This document shows, one piece after another, positions 60,563-64,000 of a stretch of DNA of 64,000 nucleotides. Numbering within the stretch: position 1 is the first letter of the stretch; each line of letters begins with the position of its first letter. The position numbers and the translations under genes are program-made. Origin of the DNA: an uncultured Candidatus Rokubacteria bacterium (GTDB taxonomy: Bacteria; Methylomirabilota; Methylomirabilia; Rokubacteriales; CSP1-6); NCBI GenBank assembly GCA_963747235.1, contig CAVVEU010000029.1, positions 160,001 to 224,000 on the forward strand, read 5' to 3'. Under the pieces are notes generated by a model. That model had not been told where the DNA came from. It ran no database searches and saw only the letters and a list, made by a program, of their open reading frames with translations.

Positions 60563-61734
60563 AGAAGCTACTGGCAGTCAGCGTGCTGGCGGCCGCGGTG
60601 GCCGTCGCGGGCGTCGCGACGGCCCAGAAGGAGACCCGCGGGGTCACCAAGACCGAGATCGTGCTCGGCATGCACACCGACCTCTCCGGCCCCGCCGCCA
60701 CCTACGGCGTCTCCTCCTCGAACGCGGTCAAGATGCGCTTCGACGAGGTCAACGAGGCGGGCGGCATCCACGGCCGCAAGATCCGGCTCGTGATCGAGGA
60801 CACCCAGTACCAGGTGCCGCGCGCGGTCCAGGCGGGGGCCAAGCTCATCCAGCGCGACCGCATCTTCGCGATGGTGGCCGGCCTCGGCACCCCGATGAAC
60901 AACGCGCTGTTCAAGGACCAGTTCGACGCGGGGGTCCCGAACCTCTTCCCGCTCTCGGCCGCCCGCTCGATGTACGAGCCGTTCAACAAGCTGAAGTTCT
61001 ACGGGGCGGCCAGCTACGTGGACCAGGTGCGGGCCGGCATCAACTACTTCGTGACCCAGAAGGGCAAGAAGACCCTCTGCGCGATGTACCAGGACACCGA
61101 CTTCGGCAAGGAAGTGCTGGACGGCGTGGTGATGCAGGCCGAGCAGATGAAGCTCAAGATCGCGGAGACGGTGACCCACAAGCCCACCGACCAGGACTTC
61201 AGCGCCCAGGTCAGCAAGCTGAAGGCCGCCAACTGCGACCTCGTGGTGCTCGGCACCATCGTGCGCGACTCGATCGTGCCGTACGCCACCGCGCGCAAGA
61301 TGGGCTGGAACGACGTGGACTTCCTCGGCTCCGCCGCGTCCTACGATCTCTTCGTGGCCGCCGCCCAGGGCGGGGTGACCGAGGGCTTCTACGCCATGGG
61401 CCTCACCGCGATGCCCTACCGCGACACGCTCGGCGCGGATGCCCAGAAGTGGTTCGACCGCTACAAGGACCGCTACAAGGTGGATCCGAACATCGGGGCG
61501 ATCTACGGGCACGTCGCCGCGGACCTGACCGTGATCGGGCTCACCAAGACGGGTCCCGAGCTGACCACCGACAGCTTCGTCAAGGGGCTCGAGTCCATCA
61601 AGGGCTACCACGACATCTTCAACGGCCCCGAGGTCAACTTCGCCGCCGACAAGCACCAGGGCGCCAATTCCTCGTTCCTGGCCGTGGTGAAGGGCGGGCG
61701 CTGGACGCGCCTGACCGACCCGCTGAGGTTCTAG
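60559..61734 (+). CDS. LivK-type ABC substrate-binding protein
   Basis: Signal peptide MKKLLAVSVLAAAVAV..ATA-Q, DLSGPAA, GGIHGRKI, YQDTDFG, DFSAQV. Confidence 0.9.
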   Translation: MKKLLAVSVLAAAVAVAGVATAQKETRGVTKTEIVLGMHTDLSGPAATYGVSSSNAVKMRFDEVNEAGGIHGRKIRLVIEDTQYQVPRAVQAGAKLIQRDRIFAMVAGLGTPMNNALFKDQFDAGVPNLFPLSAARSMYEPFNKLKFYGAASYVDQVRAGINYFVTQKGKKTLCAMYQDTDFGKEVLDGVVMQAEQMKLKIAETVTHKPTDQDFSAQVSKLKAANCDLVVLGTIVRDSIVPYATARKMGWNDVDFLGSAASYDLFVAAAQGGVTEGFYAMGLTAMPYRDTLGADAQKWFDRYKDRYKVDPNIGAIYGHVAADLTVIGLTKTGPELTTDSFVKGLESIKGYHDIFNGPEVNFAADKHQGANSSFLAVVKGGRWTRLTDPLRF

Positions 61735-61750
61735 CTCCGTTCCGCGTCAG

Positions 61751-61780
61751 GGGCCGGCGCGTTCACTCGCGCGCCGGCCC
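61751..61780. terminator. GC-rich hairpin between convergent operons
   Basis: GGGCCGGCGCG-N8-CGCGCCGGCCC, 11-bp stem. Confidence 0.55.
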
Positions 61781-61788
61781 TCGATCGG

Positions 61789-62409
61789 CTAACTCGAGCT
61801 CCAGGAGAACGGAGCGAAGTGGCCGTTGACCTTGCCCGAGGTGTCGTCCCAGTTGATCCCGAACGCGTGCATGTGGCCCCGGGACGCCTTCGCGAGGGCG
61901 AGACGGCTCGCGGCGGGGTGGCCGACATTGTCGAGGTAGATCGGCTCGGTCGGGCTGGCGCCGGGAATCCCCTCCACCGCGATGTCGAGCAGGCCGGGAA
62001 TGGACACCGACCGCTTCATCGCGCCGCGCTCGATCCGGATCGGCTTGGTCTCCACCCCCGCGAACGTACTCACGAGCGGCCCGACCGCCCCCATGGGGCC
62101 CCCGCCCTGTCCGCTCCCGATGGCCACCAGGGCCTCGCGTTGCTCGGCGGTGGCCCGCTCGTCCACGATCATCCCGACGGTCCAGTTCCCCGCGATCATC
62201 GGCCCCGGGGTGTGCAGGAGCACCGCGAAGCTGAGCCCGTCGAGCTTGGTCGCGCCGTGCGAGCCGCGCTCGACGTGGAAGACGAGGCCGGCGTCACAGG
62301 CCCCCTTGGTCGGCTGCGCGGCCAGGCCCGAAGTCGGGCACGGGCAGACCGAGTCGCAGCTACAGGCTTCGAAGTAGTCGCCGCTGATCTTCCACTGAGG
62401 GTTCGCCAT
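61789..62409 (-). CDS. DUF1326 family Cys-rich protein
   Basis: WKISGDYFEACSCDSVCPC..PTKGAC, PGPMIAGNW, VDERATAEQREAL, GHFAPFSW. Confidence 0.85.
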   Translation of the reverse strand: MANPQWKISGDYFEACSCDSVCPCPTSGLAAQPTKGACDAGLVFHVERGSHGATKLDGLSFAVLLHTPGPMIAGNWTVGMIVDERATAEQREALVAIGSGQGGGPMGAVGPLVSTFAGVETKPIRIERGAMKRSVSIPGLLDIAVEGIPGASPTEPIYLDNVGHPAASRLALAKASRGHMHAFGINWDDTSGKVNGHFAPFSWSSS

Positions 62410-62437
62410 GATCATCCTCCACGAGTGGTCCGAGTCA

Positions 62438-63220
62438 TCACATCGCGTGCCCGCCGCGCAGCACCGTCACGAGATCCGGACGAAGGGCCACCGTCACGCC
62501 CAGGAGCAGGAGCGCCCCGCCGGCGGCCCGCGCAAACCATTCACCGCCCGGCAGCAGCTTCTCGGCCGCCACCACCGCGGTGATGAGGAGCACCCACCGG
62601 AGGCCCATCGCGCCGGCGGCGACGAGCACCAGCATGAGCGCCCAGCAGCAACCGAGACAGTAGACCGCGTGCGACCAGCCGAGCGCCAGGCTGCCGCGGC
62701 GGCCGGCCCGCCAGTGGCCGAGGAGAAAGCCCAGGGGGCTCCGGCACGCTCGCAGACACACCTGCTTGAGGGGCGACAGTTGAAACGCCCCCGCCGCCAG
62801 CAGGATCACCGCGATGGCGTAGGCGAACGCGGACCCGGCCAGCGTCATCAGGAGGGTGTGGGCGAAATACACCGGGACCCCGCTCGCGGTCCAGAGCGCG
62901 AGGTAGACGAGGGTGAAGACCGCGACCGGCACTCCCCTGGCGGCCGCTCCGGCCGGGCGCCGCTGCGTGGCGCCGTACAGCGAGATCATGGGGAGCGCGC
63001 TCGGCAGCATCATCGCGGTCATCATGACGCCCCAGCTGACGACGAAGGCCAGACCGTCGGCGACGGTGGCGGGCATCGGCATCGTCATCATCATGTCGTC
63101 GCCCCACAGGCTCGACCGCACGACGGACACCCAGGCCGCGGCCGCGATGAGGAGCAGAACGACGGAGGTGAGGACCGTGACCCGATCACGGACGGGTACC
63201 GGATCCTCGCTCGGGCCCAC
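62438..63220 (-). CDS. DUF2182 family putative metal-binding membrane protein
   Basis: WGVMMTAMMLPS, FQLSPLKQVCLRACRSP, YCLGCCWALM, AAEKLLP. Confidence 0.87.
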   Translation of the reverse strand: MGPSEDPVPVRDRVTVLTSVVLLLIAAAAWVSVVRSSLWGDDMMMTMPMPATVADGLAFVVSWGVMMTAMMLPSALPMISLYGATQRRPAGAAARGVPVAVFTLVYLALWTASGVPVYFAHTLLMTLAGSAFAYAIAVILLAAGAFQLSPLKQVCLRACRSPLGFLLGHWRAGRRGSLALGWSHAVYCLGCCWALMLVLVAAGAMGLRWVLLITAVVAAEKLLPGGEWFARAAGGALLLLGVTVALRPDLVTVLRGGHAM

Positions 63221-63245
63221 GCGATGGTCCCCCTTCCGGAACTGG

Positions 63246-63677
63246 CTAGGCGCTGAAGCCGGAGGTGCCGACCCAGCCGGTCTCCGAGACGTCCACCGTG
63301 ACGCCGTCGGGGCCGATGTACTTCACCTCGACGTTGCCGTGCGCCTCGTGGCCGTAGCCGACCCCGAGGGCCTCGTTGATGTCGTGGCGCGGCTCGGACC
63401 CGGCCGCGGCCAGCCGCTCCGCGATGGCCTCGAGGCTCTCGACCTGGAACCCGATGTGATGGATGCCGCTCCAGCCCGTCCCGCGCTCGACCCCGGCCAC
63501 CGCGTCGTTCTTGAAGTTGAGGATGGCCAGGTTGAGGTCGCCGTCGCTCAGGTAGTAGCCCCGGGCGCCGGGACTGTCGATCCGGGCGATCTCCTTCATG
63601 CCGAACACGTCGATGTAGAACTTCGCGGTCTTGTCGACGTCCTGGGTGGAGAGCGCGATGTGCTTGATCTTCGCCAT
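63246..63677 (-). CDS. VOC/glyoxalase family protein
   Basis: IKHIAL, AKFYIDVFG, IHHIGFQV, EVKYIGPDG; RBS GGAGG; TATACT at 63713-63718. Confidence 0.87.
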   Translation of the reverse strand: MAKIKHIALSTQDVDKTAKFYIDVFGMKEIARIDSPGARGYYLSDGDLNLAILNFKNDAVAGVERGTGWSGIHHIGFQVESLEAIAERLAAAGSEPRHDINEALGVGYGHEAHGNVEVKYIGPDGVTVDVSETGWVGTSGFSA

Positions 63678-63728
63678 GGAAGAGGCCTCCTGTTCGAGCG
63701 GGTTGAGCCCTGAGTATAGCGCGCCGCC

Positions 63729-64000
63729 TCAGCGGGCGTCGAGCCAGTCCTGGAAGCGCTTCCAGTGCACCACGAGGGCCATGGCGGGCAGGCGCCAGCC
63801 GTGGAGCGGGATCGGCGCGATCGGGGTCAGCGGCCAGCCGATCTCGGCGGGCGAGGCGCCGAGCGCGCGATCGGCCAGCGCCTTGCCCATGACCGTCGCC
63901 ATGGCGATGCCCCGCCCGTTGTAGCCGAGGCCGATCAGCGCGCCGGGCCGCGGCTCGTGCAGGTGCGGCAGGTGGTCGGCGGTGAGCGCGACTCGCCCGC
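63729..64000 (-). CDS. FAD-dependent oxidoreductase (DAO/PuuB-like), C-terminal part only
   Basis: Reverse strand reads GRVALTADHLPHLHE..GLGYNGRGIAMATVMGKALA..; TGA at 63731-63729. Confidence 0.8.
   Translation of the reverse strand, partial: GRVALTADHLPHLHEPRPGALIGLGYNGRGIAMATVMGKALADRALGASPAEIGWPLTPIAPIPLHGWRLPAMALVVHWKRFQDWLDAR

Noticed and set aside
59866-61734. Ligase-substrate-binding protein fusion
   Set aside because: Frameshift near 60365. The binding protein has its own RBS (AAGGAG), ATG 60559 and signal peptide.

Overview
A gene-dense, very high-GC bacterial chromosomal window with about 52 CDSs. I saw no rRNA, tRNA or CRISPR array. Gene content and style suggest a soil heterotroph such as Ca. 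Rokubacteria (inference only). Roughly half the genes carry 1-bp frameshifts, most likely long-read indel errors, so I rebuilt gene models across frames and their coordinates are approximate. Content is mostly catabolic enzymes (amidases and amidohydrolases, two threonine-synthase-like PLP enzymes, two enolase-superfamily enzymes, LLM and HpaB-type monooxygenases, a ThDP enzyme, an aldolase, FAH, a CoA transferase, a Mo-enzyme) and transporters (5 MFS, TRAP, AI-2E, Liv-type ABC with an acyl-CoA ligase). The standout is a ~9 kb signalling operon. It encodes a ~7 kb soluble hybrid histidine kinase with 10 tandem GAF domains, joined by two strictly alternating linker types that are near-identical at DNA level. 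A single-domain receiver and a HisKA-like/REC/class III cyclase protein follow it. Also present are five copies of a REP-like palindrome, a DUF222-HNH gene, a MIOX/PhnZ-like HD protein, enzymes with substituted catalytic residues, and several readable extended -10 or leaderless promoters.
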